A stretch of 64,000 nt of DNA from Gammaproteobacteria bacterium bin55 (GCA_002238665.1 MPMU01000001.1:25075-89074); one strand, 5' to 3'; counted from the first letter of the stretch, positions 45,200 through 55,386 are shown. Notes: generated from the sequence alone by a model not told the origin. Made by a program: numbers and translations.

Positions 45200-45236
45200 C
45201 TTAATTTTTTCGATTACCTTACTTACTGCAATTCTC

Positions 45237-46097
45237 ATGGATGACCGACACCGCCAACATCGACTCACAGAAAGTGAACGAGACCAATTTGAAAGGGATG
45301 GTTTCTTCATCGTGCGAAACGCACTTGGTGAGGAAACCGTTGAAAATCTTGTAGATGCGGCCGACCGATTAGTCGCTAGAGAGCGACCGATGTACGAGAA
45401 ACGTGGACTCAAACCGCACCATTCACTGAATGTGCTTGACTTCATAGGCAAAGACCGGACATTCTTGCCACTTATTGACTTGCCGGAAACCTTTATGAAA
45501 GTGGTGGACATTTTGGGTTGGCATATCCAGCTCTACCACTCCCACATAATCATTACACCGCCACTACTAGACAGAGACGGCCCAGTCCGGCGACGCTTAG
45601 GCTGGCATCAAGACAGCGGTCGATTGAATCAAGATATCGAAACCGAGCCACGACCTCGTATTTCCCTTAAGGTTGGATTCTTTATCACGGATGTGAGCGT
45701 TGAGGGAAGAGGAAATTTTCACGTTCTTCCGGGTAGCCACTTAAAAAATCGACTGGAATATCCGCAAGACTCTGAAGCAAACCCCGATGGTGCAACGCCC
45801 GTGCTAGTCAATGCGGGTGATGCTGTCTTCTTTGATCGCCGGCTATGGCATGCAGCTGGTATTAACACGTCTGAATTTACAAGGAAAGCGCTCTTCTACG
45901 GCTACTCGTATAGGTGGCTCAAACCACGAGATAACATGACTGTAGGCCACTACATGGCTGGGGCAGATGATGTGCGGAAGCAGTTACTAGGTGCCAGTCC
46001 AAACGGTGGATTTGGATTTACTTCACCGACGGATGAGGATGTACCCTTGAAAGTCTGGTTGTCTGAACATATCGGTCCCGAGGCGGTGGTTCGGTAA
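45237..46097 (+). CDS. Phytanoyl-CoA dioxygenase (PhyH) family Fe(II)/2-oxoglutarate oxygenase
   Basis: Motifs FERDGFFIVRNAL, WHQDSG (HxD) and RLWHAAGINTSEFTRKALFYGY. ATG 45237 is preferred over the upstream in-frame alternative start. Confidence 0.75.
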   Translation: MDDRHRQHRLTESERDQFERDGFFIVRNALGEETVENLVDAADRLVARERPMYEKRGLKPHHSLNVLDFIGKDRTFLPLIDLPETFMKVVDILGWHIQLYHSHIIITPPLLDRDGPVRRRLGWHQDSGRLNQDIETEPRPRISLKVGFFITDVSVEGRGNFHVLPGSHLKNRLEYPQDSEANPDGATPVLVNAGDAVFFDRRLWHAAGINTSEFTRKALFYGYSYRWLKPRDNMTVGHYMAGADDVRKQLLGASPNGGFGFTSPTDEDVPLKVWLSEHIGPEAVVR

Positions 46098-46110
46098 TAA
46101 ATCGGCCTCG

Positions 46111-47277
46111 TTACATCATCAGAATTCCGCGAGGTTCAAGACCAATCAGAACACGACCGACATCATCTATGTGATGTGGAGCGACTGTCGCATGTTGTCG
46201 CACAACCCTGACGTCTCTTGAAAGCCTCTCTAACGGGTTGTTTAGCTGATTTGCGGATGTACCAGCCGCTTGAACTACATGCTCGACGACTTCCACAGCA
46301 GCTTGAGCGGCATCGCTTGCCAAGAGATGAGCTATCGCTCGATCGTAATCAGGTAATGGTCGATCTTCAATAGCGTGTTGCCAAACCAGTTCGGCATGTT
46401 CATACATCGCCGCGCGGCTAGTACGAAACCTCAGTTCTGCCGAGGCTAGTGATCGTTGTGCAAATCGTCTTTCTTGTAACTTTCGGTTGGCGAAGCGCGG
46501 CGTTTTTCCAGCTGCTAGTTGCTGAAACGTCTCAATTGCCGCACGAGCAATTCCAAGTGCGACACCTACTTTACAGAACGTGAGTCGGACGCCGAGAGGC
46601 ATTTGTAGCTGCATTGACGGAAGCGATCCATACCCAAGTGTTGCCACAACGCGGTGCTCTGGAACGACGACTTTCGTGATCTGAACGTCGTGGCTTCCGG
46701 ACCCGCGTAATCCCGATACATGCCAGGTGTCCAAGATTTCATACTGGCCTTTGGTGACCATCGCATAGTATCTGGTCGGGTTCTCTTGTGTCCGGTCGGG
46801 ATCTTTGACCACCGTTGCGCCAAATACCTGAGCATTGTGGACTCCACTAGCAAATTGCCATTGACCTGTAATTTCCCAGCCACCGTCTACAGGTTTGGCA
46901 CGACCAACGGCAGCAGTTGAACTTGCCATGACCACCATCGGATCTTCTATGAGCGAAAGGCACGTCTCCATGGACGGCGAAACTAGCCCGAACGTCTCCA
47001 TCCCAATCATGAGATTCCAGCCTGTGCTGCCATCGAAACTGGAAATACGTTCGATAACAGCCATCTGCGTACAGGGATCGACGTCGGCTCCTAGACACTT
47101 TTTAGGTGCAGCTAACCTATAGAGGTTCAGTCTCGCCAATTCTGTTGCGACTTCTGCACAGAGATACGTCTGCTTTTCATTTTGATCAGCATGTGCTCGA
47201 ACACAATCTTCTAATGAACTGGCGCGTTCAATCCAAGTTTCATCAATGGCCAAGACGCTATTCCCTATATTTGTCAA
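46111..47277 (-). CDS. Acyl-CoA dehydrogenase-fold flavoprotein (group D monooxygenase-like)
   Basis: 388 aa. GWEITGQWQFASG and WHVSGLRGSGSHDV are typical of ACAD-like oxygenases. Confidence 0.65.
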   Translation of the reverse strand: MTNIGNSVLAIDETWIERASSLEDCVRAHADQNEKQTYLCAEVATELARLNLYRLAAPKKCLGADVDPCTQMAVIERISSFDGSTGWNLMIGMETFGLVSPSMETCLSLIEDPMVVMASSTAAVGRAKPVDGGWEITGQWQFASGVHNAQVFGATVVKDPDRTQENPTRYYAMVTKGQYEILDTWHVSGLRGSGSHDVQITKVVVPEHRVVATLGYGSLPSMQLQMPLGVRLTFCKVGVALGIARAAIETFQQLAAGKTPRFANRKLQERRFAQRSLASAELRFRTSRAAMYEHAELVWQHAIEDRPLPDYDRAIAHLLASDAAQAAVEVVEHVVQAAGTSANQLNNPLERLSRDVRVVRQHATVAPHHIDDVGRVLIGLEPRGILMM

Positions 47278-47382
47278 TCAGTCTAGGAGTGGTTGAAAAG
47301 TGATTTTTGAAAATACACATACTCCCATAATTGATTTTTTTGGAAATGAGCTCCCTGTCGCGCTCTCTCGAGGCAACTCAAT

Positions 47383-48396
47383 GTGACTGACACCCATGCA
47401 TCGGAACCTGACGTTTTCTGTGCTAATTGTGGAACTCAAAAAGACACCGAATATTGTCCACATTGTGGCCAGAACAATCGAGACTATGACAAGTCGGTTG
47501 TTTCAATCATAAAAACCGTCGTCGGTGAGCTCTTTGAACTCGATGCCCGAACAACTCAAACCGCAAAAGAGCTCTTCATGCATCCTGGCAGGTTATCGGT
47601 TGAGTTTCGAAAGAATCGCAGAGCAAGTTATTCAACTCCGATACGGGTGTATTTGGTCACTAGTCTTATTTACTTCTTTGTCGTTTCTATTCTGCTAAGC
47701 GCGGAAGATCGGATCGAAGCAAATCGCCTAGAGGAGGCAAGAAATGACCCAGTGGCTGAGTTGGATGTTTCTGTTGAGGACTTTCAGGTACGAGTTGACA
47801 AGTCGGTAGAGAAATTACAAGGAAAACTGGCAAGAGATAGCTCCAGGAAACTACGTGAGGTACTTAGTCGAGAAGGGTTCGCTCCCGCCAAAACCACCAT
47901 AGAGTCGGTGCTTTATTCGATTAGTGAGCAGGAAGAATATAGTGACTCAGAACTGTTTTTCCTAGAAGCTGGGATTAACACCGCGCATGCACCGGATCAG
48001 GCATTTGACGCGTTTATCGGTAATTTACCGTTTTGCATGCTGATCTTGGTGCCTTGGATCGCGCTAATGCTGAAATGGACCTATGCGGGTTTGAAAATCC
48101 ATTACGCGCACCACATCGTGTTTACGATGCATACCTTCTCGTTCATTTTCATAATCCTTACGATATCAGCTTTATTAGTGCGAGGATTGGCTACATTCGA
48201 ACTGCCTGGACAGATCTTTCTGTCGACAGGAACAACGATCTACGTGATTTTGTACGTCGTATTTGCAATTCGTGAGAATTACAAACAGGGTTGGCTACTT
48301 ACAACTGGCAAGTTTCTTGCGCTACTCGCACTTTCCAGCTTGATGCTCATTCCGTCTGTTGCTTTGGTAGCTGTGATCACCTTTATGCAGTTGTAG
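47383..48396 (+). CDS. DUF3667-like membrane protein with N-terminal zinc ribbon
   Basis: CANCG...CPHCGQ followed by several TM helices. GTG start. Confidence 0.6.
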   Translation: MTDTHASEPDVFCANCGTQKDTEYCPHCGQNNRDYDKSVVSIIKTVVGELFELDARTTQTAKELFMHPGRLSVEFRKNRRASYSTPIRVYLVTSLIYFFVVSILLSAEDRIEANRLEEARNDPVAELDVSVEDFQVRVDKSVEKLQGKLARDSSRKLREVLSREGFAPAKTTIESVLYSISEQEEYSDSELFFLEAGINTAHAPDQAFDAFIGNLPFCMLILVPWIALMLKWTYAGLKIHYAHHIVFTMHTFSFIFIILTISALLVRGLATFELPGQIFLSTGTTIYVILYVVFAIRENYKQGWLLTTGKFLALLALSSLMLIPSVALVAVITFMQL

Positions 48397-48416
48397 AGTA
48401 GGGTCAGTATCCTGTT

Positions 48417-49322
48417 CTAACCTCGGAGAGCTTCGTGAACATTTCCGAGTGTGTCGATGATTTGTTCAACGGAACGCGCGCCACTTTGGAAAATTGCTGT
48501 GGCATTGATTGCTGCGTACTCGAATCCCCATCCAGCTACTTGTTCTGCACGTTTGCGAACTTGATCCATTTCTTTATAGAAACGACGACCGCGATCGTCA
48601 GTCGGGGGTACGTCGAGCATCATCTGTAAGCCGATCGTATCTGGATCGCGTCCAGCTATTTCCGCATAGCCTCGAAGTGAAGCAAGGAAAGACTTCGCTT
48701 GTTTATCGTCCACAATAGCATTCGCTAGCCAGCCATCGCCTAGTTCTGCAACTCGCTTAAGCGCGCGATTAGACATGCCACCTACCCAGATAGGAAGCTG
48801 TGCACCTTGTGGAGATTTTGGCTCCATAGCCATGTGGTCGGAAGAATAGCTGTCATATTGGTAAGTGATGACTTCGTCTTTAAAGCACTGTCGAATGACC
48901 TGTATTGATTGGTCCATCCGTTTACCTCGATCCGTAAATGACTCCTCAAGCATCTCATACTCAGATTCCTGCCAACCTACACCAATACCTAGTCGCATGC
49001 GACCACCCGATAAGGTGTCAAGAGTTGAGACTTGCTTCGCGACGAGAACAGGTTGTCTTTGCGGTAGTACCAACACTTCGGTACCAAGACCAATGGTAGA
49101 CGTATTGGCCGCGATATAGGACAGCGTCATTAATGCCTCCAAAATGGGCATCTTTGACGGATATTGCGGCGCAGGACGACTTTCGGTTCCATATCCCATT
49201 ATCACATGATCGAAGATCTCGATTCGGTCGTAGCCAATTTCTTCAATCGCTCTTGCGAGCTTTGCCACCTGCGACGGACCTTCGCGGTAGCTGACACTTG
49301 GAAATTCAACACAGAGTTTCAA
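48417..49322 (-). CDS. Luciferase-like (LLM class) flavin/F420-dependent oxidoreductase
   Basis: 301 aa with TIM-barrel LLM pattern (EIGYDRIEIFDHV, LDTLSGGRMRLGIGVGW). Confidence 0.7.
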   Translation of the reverse strand: MKLCVEFPSVSYREGPSQVAKLARAIEEIGYDRIEIFDHVIMGYGTESRPAPQYPSKMPILEALMTLSYIAANTSTIGLGTEVLVLPQRQPVLVAKQVSTLDTLSGGRMRLGIGVGWQESEYEMLEESFTDRGKRMDQSIQVIRQCFKDEVITYQYDSYSSDHMAMEPKSPQGAQLPIWVGGMSNRALKRVAELGDGWLANAIVDDKQAKSFLASLRGYAEIAGRDPDTIGLQMMLDVPPTDDRGRRFYKEMDQVRKRAEQVAGWGFEYAAINATAIFQSGARSVEQIIDTLGNVHEALRG

Positions 49323-49640
49323 TCTAGACCTCCCAAATCGCGGATTTTCAACAAAGGATTAAAACAGAATTCGCAATCAATGGACAATCTAAGACGACAA
49401 AAATTGTGTCTGTATAGGAAATGAGTTGTTAGATCGCCTGAATAAGACTTTTGGAAATCTGAATTGGTCTTTCACCTTGACCCATTCAGAGTCGTGGATT
49501 ACGTGCTGGAACGAATGCGCTTCTCGCAATCAACCGTGCGATTTCGTTGGACAGGTATTGATCAGTAGCTACGCAAATTGTGAGTCAGATGATCGTCTCG
49601 AGACAAAAATCTTCGTATCACGATGAGGTGCTACAAAGAA

Positions 49641-49666
49641 GAACAGGGGTCATAAGACCCCTGTTC
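49641..49666 (-). terminator. Strong hairpin terminator downstream of the hydratase gene
   Basis: 11-bp perfect stem GAACAGGGGTC/GACCCCTGTTC with a 4-nt loop, followed on the minus strand by TTCTTTGT. A second hairpin lies at 49680-49712. Confidence 0.6.
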
Positions 49667-49843
49667 CATTAGATAGATTAGCGGAGATCTTGTTACTCCG
49701 TAAATCTCCGCTTAGTAAGTTTCAAAATCACCTCCTTCAATTTTCAGCCCAAGTTGAAAGCATTGTACTTAGAAAGAGGAGGGTCAATGAGTCTTAATTT
49801 GATTTACAGAAATCTTCCATGTATCTTCTATCAGGAAGCCATT

Positions 49844-50923
49844 TCATCTCGCCAGTGCTACAGTCACGATTCCTTCAGCTGTAGGTAGTCCAGCTTGATT
49901 CTCATTCCAGACTTTTAGATCCACGAACCGTTCGCCATTCTCTTCGTACTTGCGTGCGACGTTGCCATATACAGTATTGGTGTCGCCTACCACGTTCGGA
50001 TGACGTACTCGAGTATCCAATGACTTTATTACAGCATCGTCTCCAGCCCAATCGGTGGCAATCTGACAGAGCCAGCACACTCGTTGTGGACCCCAATCGA
50101 ATTGTCCAGGCATATTTCGTCGCTTCTTAGCATGTTCCTCGTCGTAGCGACCTCCACCGCCCAGATCTTTAGAGTTTTCGGCTTCAAGTGCTGCTCTCGG
50201 ACTGCGCCCTGTACCGACGACGCCGTGAGTGAATAGAAACAGTTCAGTTACTGTATACGTACCTTTGGGTAGGGTAGGTAGTGCTTCTCCTTCTACGACA
50301 CTATCCCAGGTTCGAATGGCGTTGCCTTTCCTAGCTCGTTCGAAGACTAATGGATCGGGTGCGGTTTCTGTGACATTGGATTTACTCTCACGATCATATT
50401 TGATCGTCTTGCCACCACCTAGGTTCTTGTAGCGAGCCATATTTGTTCGTTTGGTAGCCACCAACTCGAGCCGTTGATTGAAATACTCCACCATAGCGGT
50501 GCAAATACAGAAATCTCCGATCCGGTCACTGTGCTTTGTAACCACATCGACAACCGTTTCCTCAGCGCGGATCGTGTCTCCTTGCCATATCGTCTTCAGA
50601 AAGTTGATTTCACCTCCCGCGTAATTCATTGGAAAATTTGCTGAGGTGAGACGTCGACCATCTATATTGCCATTGATGGCTGCACCAATTCCGAGACTTG
50701 CCCCGTAGATAAACATCGGAGGTGCTGTAATGCCACAAAATCTACTTTCTGCGGCATACCTCGGATCGCGCCACAACGGGTTGTAGTCTCCTACGCCATC
50801 GCCGAATCTTCGGATGTTATCTAGACTTGCTTCCCGACCTATACCTCGAACTGGAAGCTTGACGCCAATGCCTTTCGCGTATTCTTCCTGAAATTCTTCT
50901 AAGGTAGTGATTAGAGCTGCCAT
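49844..50923 (-). CDS. Double hot-dog (MaoC N-terminal-like + MaoC) acyl dehydratase/hydratase
   Basis: 359 aa. The N-half (YNPLWRDPRYA...APPMFIYG) and C-half (VRHPNVVGDTNTVYG...VWNENQ) are both hot-dog like. Confidence 0.65.
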   Translation of the reverse strand: MAALITTLEEFQEEYAKGIGVKLPVRGIGREASLDNIRRFGDGVGDYNPLWRDPRYAAESRFCGITAPPMFIYGASLGIGAAINGNIDGRRLTSANFPMNYAGGEINFLKTIWQGDTIRAEETVVDVVTKHSDRIGDFCICTAMVEYFNQRLELVATKRTNMARYKNLGGGKTIKYDRESKSNVTETAPDPLVFERARKGNAIRTWDSVVEGEALPTLPKGTYTVTELFLFTHGVVGTGRSPRAALEAENSKDLGGGGRYDEEHAKKRRNMPGQFDWGPQRVCWLCQIATDWAGDDAVIKSLDTRVRHPNVVGDTNTVYGNVARKYEENGERFVDLKVWNENQAGLPTAEGIVTVALAR

Positions 50924-50989
50924 TTTGCTTCCTTAAATTGATTTAGAAGCATTGTATACGGCTTATTTTTTGGTAGAGTCATCAAGACC

Positions 50990-52402
50990 ATGAATTTGAA
51001 CACGAAAGCATCGATTGCCGCAAGACAGCTGAGGCTACAACCTACCGCAGTGACCAGGCGAATGGCAGCTGCACTTCCAGGTCTCAGAAATGTTGCGAAA
51101 GAAAAGGGATTGAAAATACACCACCTTGGTGCTGGATATCCAAACCCAGAAGTGACAAACCCTGACAGTTTCGTCCAATCCACTGAAAATTGGTTCGAAA
51201 TTTTGGCAAGAAGGGAAGGTCTCAACTCGACAGATGAAACGCCGCAGTTTCTTCGAGATGCTTATGCCTATACGGATACGCTAGGTCCTATAGGTCCGAG
51301 AGAATCTTTTGCCAGTGTCTACGGACGCGACTGGAACATAGACATCGATCCGAATAGGTTGATCCCTACTATTGGGGCAACAGGTGGTATAGCGTTACTT
51401 TGTTCTCTCTTTGAGCGGGCAAATCAGCCTCTGGCTTACATAACGGATGCGCCAACGTATGCGGGTTTTCTTTCTCGAGCTACGCTTAACTCAAACTGCC
51501 AAATTTTCAGCGTTGATATGGATTCTGAAGGTCCTTACTTGGATCAATTTCGGGACCAGATTCGAAAAGCTAGGGCAGAAGGGTTCTATGTGCCGTTCTA
51601 CTACACCGTGCCGGATGGACACAACCCAGCAGGATTCTCCTTCAGCCAGGAACGTCGCGAAGCGATAGTAGAGATTGCCACTGAAGAAGGAATTTTGATC
51701 GTAGAGGATGCACCTTATCTGTATATCAGCTACTTGTCGGAAGGGGAGAGACCTCAGCCATTCATTTCAATCGATCCTGAGAGGACGGTGCATCTCTTTA
51801 CTGGATCCAAGATTGGGTTGCCTGGACCTAGAGTTGGGTTTATCTATTCAGATGCAACCATTGAAATAACGGGTGGTGAATTGATCTCTTTGACTGAGAT
51901 GCTCCTCACGGAAGCTAGTGCAGACATTCTTTTTCACAATCCGTTGAGTTTGCTGTCTTTTCAGTCTCTCCTACACGAAAGCGACGGGAAAGTCCGCTCT
52001 TCGCTTTGGCCGATCGCAGATCAGAAACTCAAGATTTACTCGGAGAACCGGGAGATCGTTCTAGGTGGATTAGAATGTGGCCTAGGTGACTTTCCTGACA
52101 AAATTTCTTGGACCAATCCTGCGGCTGGGTTTTTCACAGTGGTCACTATCCGGGATCCTCATATTGAGGTCAATGATCAATTTGCATTGCATTTAGTCGA
52201 GGAATACGGAATTGTGATCGTACCAATGTTCGACTTCTTCCCGGACGACGCAAGACAAAGAGACCGTTCAGCAGGTTATAGTCAGATGCGATTGTCCTTC
52301 GGTTTTACCGAGAGTGTAGGTGAGCAAAGAACACGAGATCTTCAAGCCGCAATTGATCAATTTTGCACTGCCATGCGCAAGGAACTCTCGCTGGGAAATT
52401 AG
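50990..52402 (+). CDS. Class I/II PLP-dependent aminotransferase
   Basis: Motifs HNPAGFSF (N-P-x-G) and GSKIGLPGPRVGF (PLP lysine). 470 aa. Confidence 0.75.
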   Translation: MNLNTKASIAARQLRLQPTAVTRRMAAALPGLRNVAKEKGLKIHHLGAGYPNPEVTNPDSFVQSTENWFEILARREGLNSTDETPQFLRDAYAYTDTLGPIGPRESFASVYGRDWNIDIDPNRLIPTIGATGGIALLCSLFERANQPLAYITDAPTYAGFLSRATLNSNCQIFSVDMDSEGPYLDQFRDQIRKARAEGFYVPFYYTVPDGHNPAGFSFSQERREAIVEIATEEGILIVEDAPYLYISYLSEGERPQPFISIDPERTVHLFTGSKIGLPGPRVGFIYSDATIEITGGELISLTEMLLTEASADILFHNPLSLLSFQSLLHESDGKVRSSLWPIADQKLKIYSENREIVLGGLECGLGDFPDKISWTNPAAGFFTVVTIRDPHIEVNDQFALHLVEEYGIVIVPMFDFFPDDARQRDRSAGYSQMRLSFGFTESVGEQRTRDLQAAIDQFCTAMRKELSLGN

Positions 52403-52441
52403 CACAGGACCTAACTCATTGCAATAATCCGGATATTGTCT

Positions 52442-54517
52442 CTACTCAACTGGAGATACTGAGACTGATTGCGTTGCTGTTCGACCCTCGTCGATCAATA
52501 AACCAATACCACCAGTCGTTAATAAGTTGTCATTGGCTTCAATCGTCGTGTCTCCGTCAATCGAACCAGAGATCTGATTGCCATTGACAGTTACGTCGAA
52601 CTGATAGGTTCTTCCTAACTCAAGAGGGTATTCCACTTCATTAAGAATCTTCCGTCCATCCAACTCCCGGACTATCTGCAATTTGCCTTCGCCAGTTAGC
52701 ACGAGAGCGTAGTACCGTTTCAATCCCTGCACTCGAGCAGCCAACCCCACGCGGTTGACAAGATGAGGAGTGATATCTGCGCTGACTTTGTAAGAATCCC
52801 AGTCTCGATTGCCGTACAAAACCATGCCGGTACCTGAGTCTTGGATGAGCCTAAACGTCTCGAAGTAGTGGTGGTAATGCGACACTGCATTGACCCATGC
52901 GCGCCACCACATGTCTCCGCGTTTGCGAGTCAATGTAATGTTTGGAGTTCCGTGCCAGTCCAGGGAAACGAGATGGAGCTTTGAACCATTCGTAGCATTC
53001 TCAAGTTCCACGCCTACGCCACATACAGGAAGTCCCGTTGGATCAGGTACAGTGTACTCAAGAGTACCTCGTTCACCAGGTTGTAATACACAAGCATCGC
53101 CGGAATACGAGACAATTTCGTCGTCTTCGTTATAGATTCGCACCGCCGGCTTCACGCTCAAATTAGCCGTATTTTCTGAACTTGCCAACAACGTCATTGT
53201 GACGGTCTGTCCTGGGTTCAGATTGGGACTAGTCATCAAGCCATAGCCTCGCCCACTAAAGTACTGAGCCGTTTCTTTCGAGTCGATAAACGTATCGGTA
53301 TAAGCGCCAGTTACTGCACTTGCATCGTTCACCGATAGAGTGAGAACTCTCTCGCCAGAGTCCATCTGTTGATTAGAAACTTCGCATCCAGTCCCTCTAA
53401 ATCCTTGAACTGATCCAGGATACGAGAAGTTGTAACGTGCACCGTTTTTCGAGGTAGAAGTGAGTTCCGCGCCGTTTAGTTTTGCGCCAGCGATAGAGAT
53501 ATTTCGCGCGATGGTGGCTGCATCTGTGATTCCGCTTCCACTATCGGCTGTGGGTACATAACAGATATCTCCAAAAGGAGTTCGCCAATCCGGTCCGGCA
53601 TCAATACCTTCAATGCCATTCCTAATGCCCATGAGACAGCCTAGATTACCTGAATTGCAGTCGGTATCCCAACCAGCGGTATTCACAATCTTTAGTGATT
53701 TCTGAAAGTCTCCGTCGCCGTGCAGAAAACCCAGAATGATCAATCCATGATTAGGGACGATATGACAGTTTCCGCCATACTTGTCGTAACCGTAGTTTGC
53801 TTGAATCTGCTTAAAAGTAGCGCGCCAATCGTCGGGGTTTTCTTGGTGCCAAGCTCGGATATCGTTGATCATTCGGTTTATCGTCGAATCTTTAGGAATT
53901 TGCTCCTGTCCGATGTCAACCAGCTTGTCGAGATCTTTTTCTTCAAACGCAGCTGCTTCCATGGCGGCCAAAACCATTGCGCCATAAACCGATTCTCCAT
54001 CATGGCTTACTGATCCAGCTCGACGAGCGAAATCGGCAGCGCGTTCCGGGTCGCCCGGATTAACCAGTGCCCAGCCGTCTATGAAAATCTGAGCGCCGAT
54101 CTGTTCTGCGACAACTTGACCATTACAGGCGATTGATCCTGAAGCAGGTGCATCAAGACCTTGTTTTAATCGGAGATAGGCAGTGTGTTCCGTTGAATTA
54201 CCTAAGCCACCCCACCATAGGACCGATCGACCTTCAACAAGGTAGTTCAGCCATGTCTGACCGATTTGCTTTGACGTCAGCTGAGGGTCATAGTTGTAAT
54301 CTTCGAGTGCACGAATAAAGGTAAACGTCCCGGAAATGTCGTCATCGGTGACGATGAGTCGCACTCCGACTTTATCATGAACGTAGTAATCGATATCGCC
54401 GAGTCTTTCTTCGATTCGTTGATTGGTCCAGCCTTCAAAAGGTCGACCGAGATACACGCCAATGATTTTGCCGAGTACACCAGCGTAGACGGTTTCCTCA
54501 TAGTTCTGTGGTAGCAC
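52442..54517 (-). CDS. ADP-ribosylglycohydrolase-family domain fused to about 340 aa of beta-sandwich (lectin/LamG-like) domains
   Basis: N-terminal ARH motifs (GKIIGVYLGRPFEGW, VTDDDISG, GWDTDCNSGNLGCLMG). The C-terminal segment YKVSADI...YYALVL...GRTYQFDVTVNGNQISGSIDG looks concanavalin-like. Confidence 0.7.
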   Translation of the reverse strand: MLPQNYEETVYAGVLGKIIGVYLGRPFEGWTNQRIEERLGDIDYYVHDKVGVRLIVTDDDISGTFTFIRALEDYNYDPQLTSKQIGQTWLNYLVEGRSVLWWGGLGNSTEHTAYLRLKQGLDAPASGSIACNGQVVAEQIGAQIFIDGWALVNPGDPERAADFARRAGSVSHDGESVYGAMVLAAMEAAAFEEKDLDKLVDIGQEQIPKDSTINRMINDIRAWHQENPDDWRATFKQIQANYGYDKYGGNCHIVPNHGLIILGFLHGDGDFQKSLKIVNTAGWDTDCNSGNLGCLMGIRNGIEGIDAGPDWRTPFGDICYVPTADSGSGITDAATIARNISIAGAKLNGAELTSTSKNGARYNFSYPGSVQGFRGTGCEVSNQQMDSGERVLTLSVNDASAVTGAYTDTFIDSKETAQYFSGRGYGLMTSPNLNPGQTVTMTLLASSENTANLSVKPAVRIYNEDDEIVSYSGDACVLQPGERGTLEYTVPDPTGLPVCGVGVELENATNGSKLHLVSLDWHGTPNITLTRKRGDMWWRAWVNAVSHYHHYFETFRLIQDSGTGMVLYGNRDWDSYKVSADITPHLVNRVGLAARVQGLKRYYALVLTGEGKLQIVRELDGRKILNEVEYPLELGRTYQFDVTVNGNQISGSIDGDTTIEANDNLLTTGGIGLLIDEGRTATQSVSVSPVE

Positions 54518-54872
54518 TTTGCTTCTCCTAGCTTTGCTTCCTTAAGTCCTCATTACGCGAGAGGGTAATAAGGCAACATATTATCTCACCTTGGAGTAAG
54601 CACTAAGCTCCATTCCCTGAAGGGCGGTCCACTTTATTGAAGCGCTTCGAGCTAGTCCAATCTACGCAAAACGCAGTAGATCGCTTCCCCTAAGGATGGT
54701 AGCCTAGCTCGTCAGTCCTCAGCGTGCGAGTCTGTACTGAATTCGCGCTAATTTATCGTTCGCCGCTACTGTCTTATGCGCGCAAGCAAGGAACATAGAC
54801 GCTGGGATGATCGAGTCCTTATTATTAGCATCTCTCAAAATACCAAAACTACTAACGAAATCAGGAGTACAC

Positions 54873-55343
54873 ATGAGTTCAAATTTGGAAAATGCATACG
54901 AAACCCTCACGGCAAGAATAGGAGAGTCCTCAGCATCTAGTGACTGGTTTGAGGTGACCCAGGGTCGTATCAATGAATTTGCGGAAGTAACTATGGATCA
55001 CCAATGGATCCATATTGATGAAGACCGAGCAAAGTCAGGACCCTTTGGTACCACGATCGCTCACGGTCATCTGACTCTATCGATCATGTCACATTTACCT
55101 AAAACTGTCGTTGAAACAGGTCCCAGATTGGAAGGTCAGAAAATGACAATCAATTACGGCTTCAACAAGGTACGCTTCCCATCTCCAGTGCCTGTAGGCG
55201 CGCGGATTCGAACTACCAGTACACTCAAGACCGTTGAAATCAAGAATGGCATGATCGAAACCATGAATGAAGTCGTTGTCGATGTAGAAGGTCAGGACAA
55301 ACCTTGTTGCGTAGCTGAAAGCCTGGCTCGGATGGTGTTTTAG
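54873..55343 (+). CDS. MaoC-like (R)-specific enoyl-CoA hydratase
   Basis: Motif FAEVTMDHQWIHIDEDRAKSGPFGTTIAHGHL. ATG 54873 is preceded by AGGAG. Confidence 0.8.
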   Translation: MSSNLENAYETLTARIGESSASSDWFEVTQGRINEFAEVTMDHQWIHIDEDRAKSGPFGTTIAHGHLTLSIMSHLPKTVVETGPRLEGQKMTINYGFNKVRFPSPVPVGARIRTTSTLKTVEIKNGMIETMNEVVVDVEGQDKPCCVAESLARMVF

Positions 55344-55386
55344 CTCACGTCGATTCCGCGGCTACCGTGACTAGAAGCGACTTGAC

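Noticed and set aside
45044-45511. 155-aa minus-strand ORF spanning the ThuA-like/PhyH junction
   Set aside because: It is a shadow ORF opposite two genes with clear family motifs.
49426-49626. 66-aa plus-strand ORF in the long spacer upstream of the LLM gene
   Set aside because: TTG start, no RBS and no recognisable motif. The region is more plausibly leader or terminator sequence.
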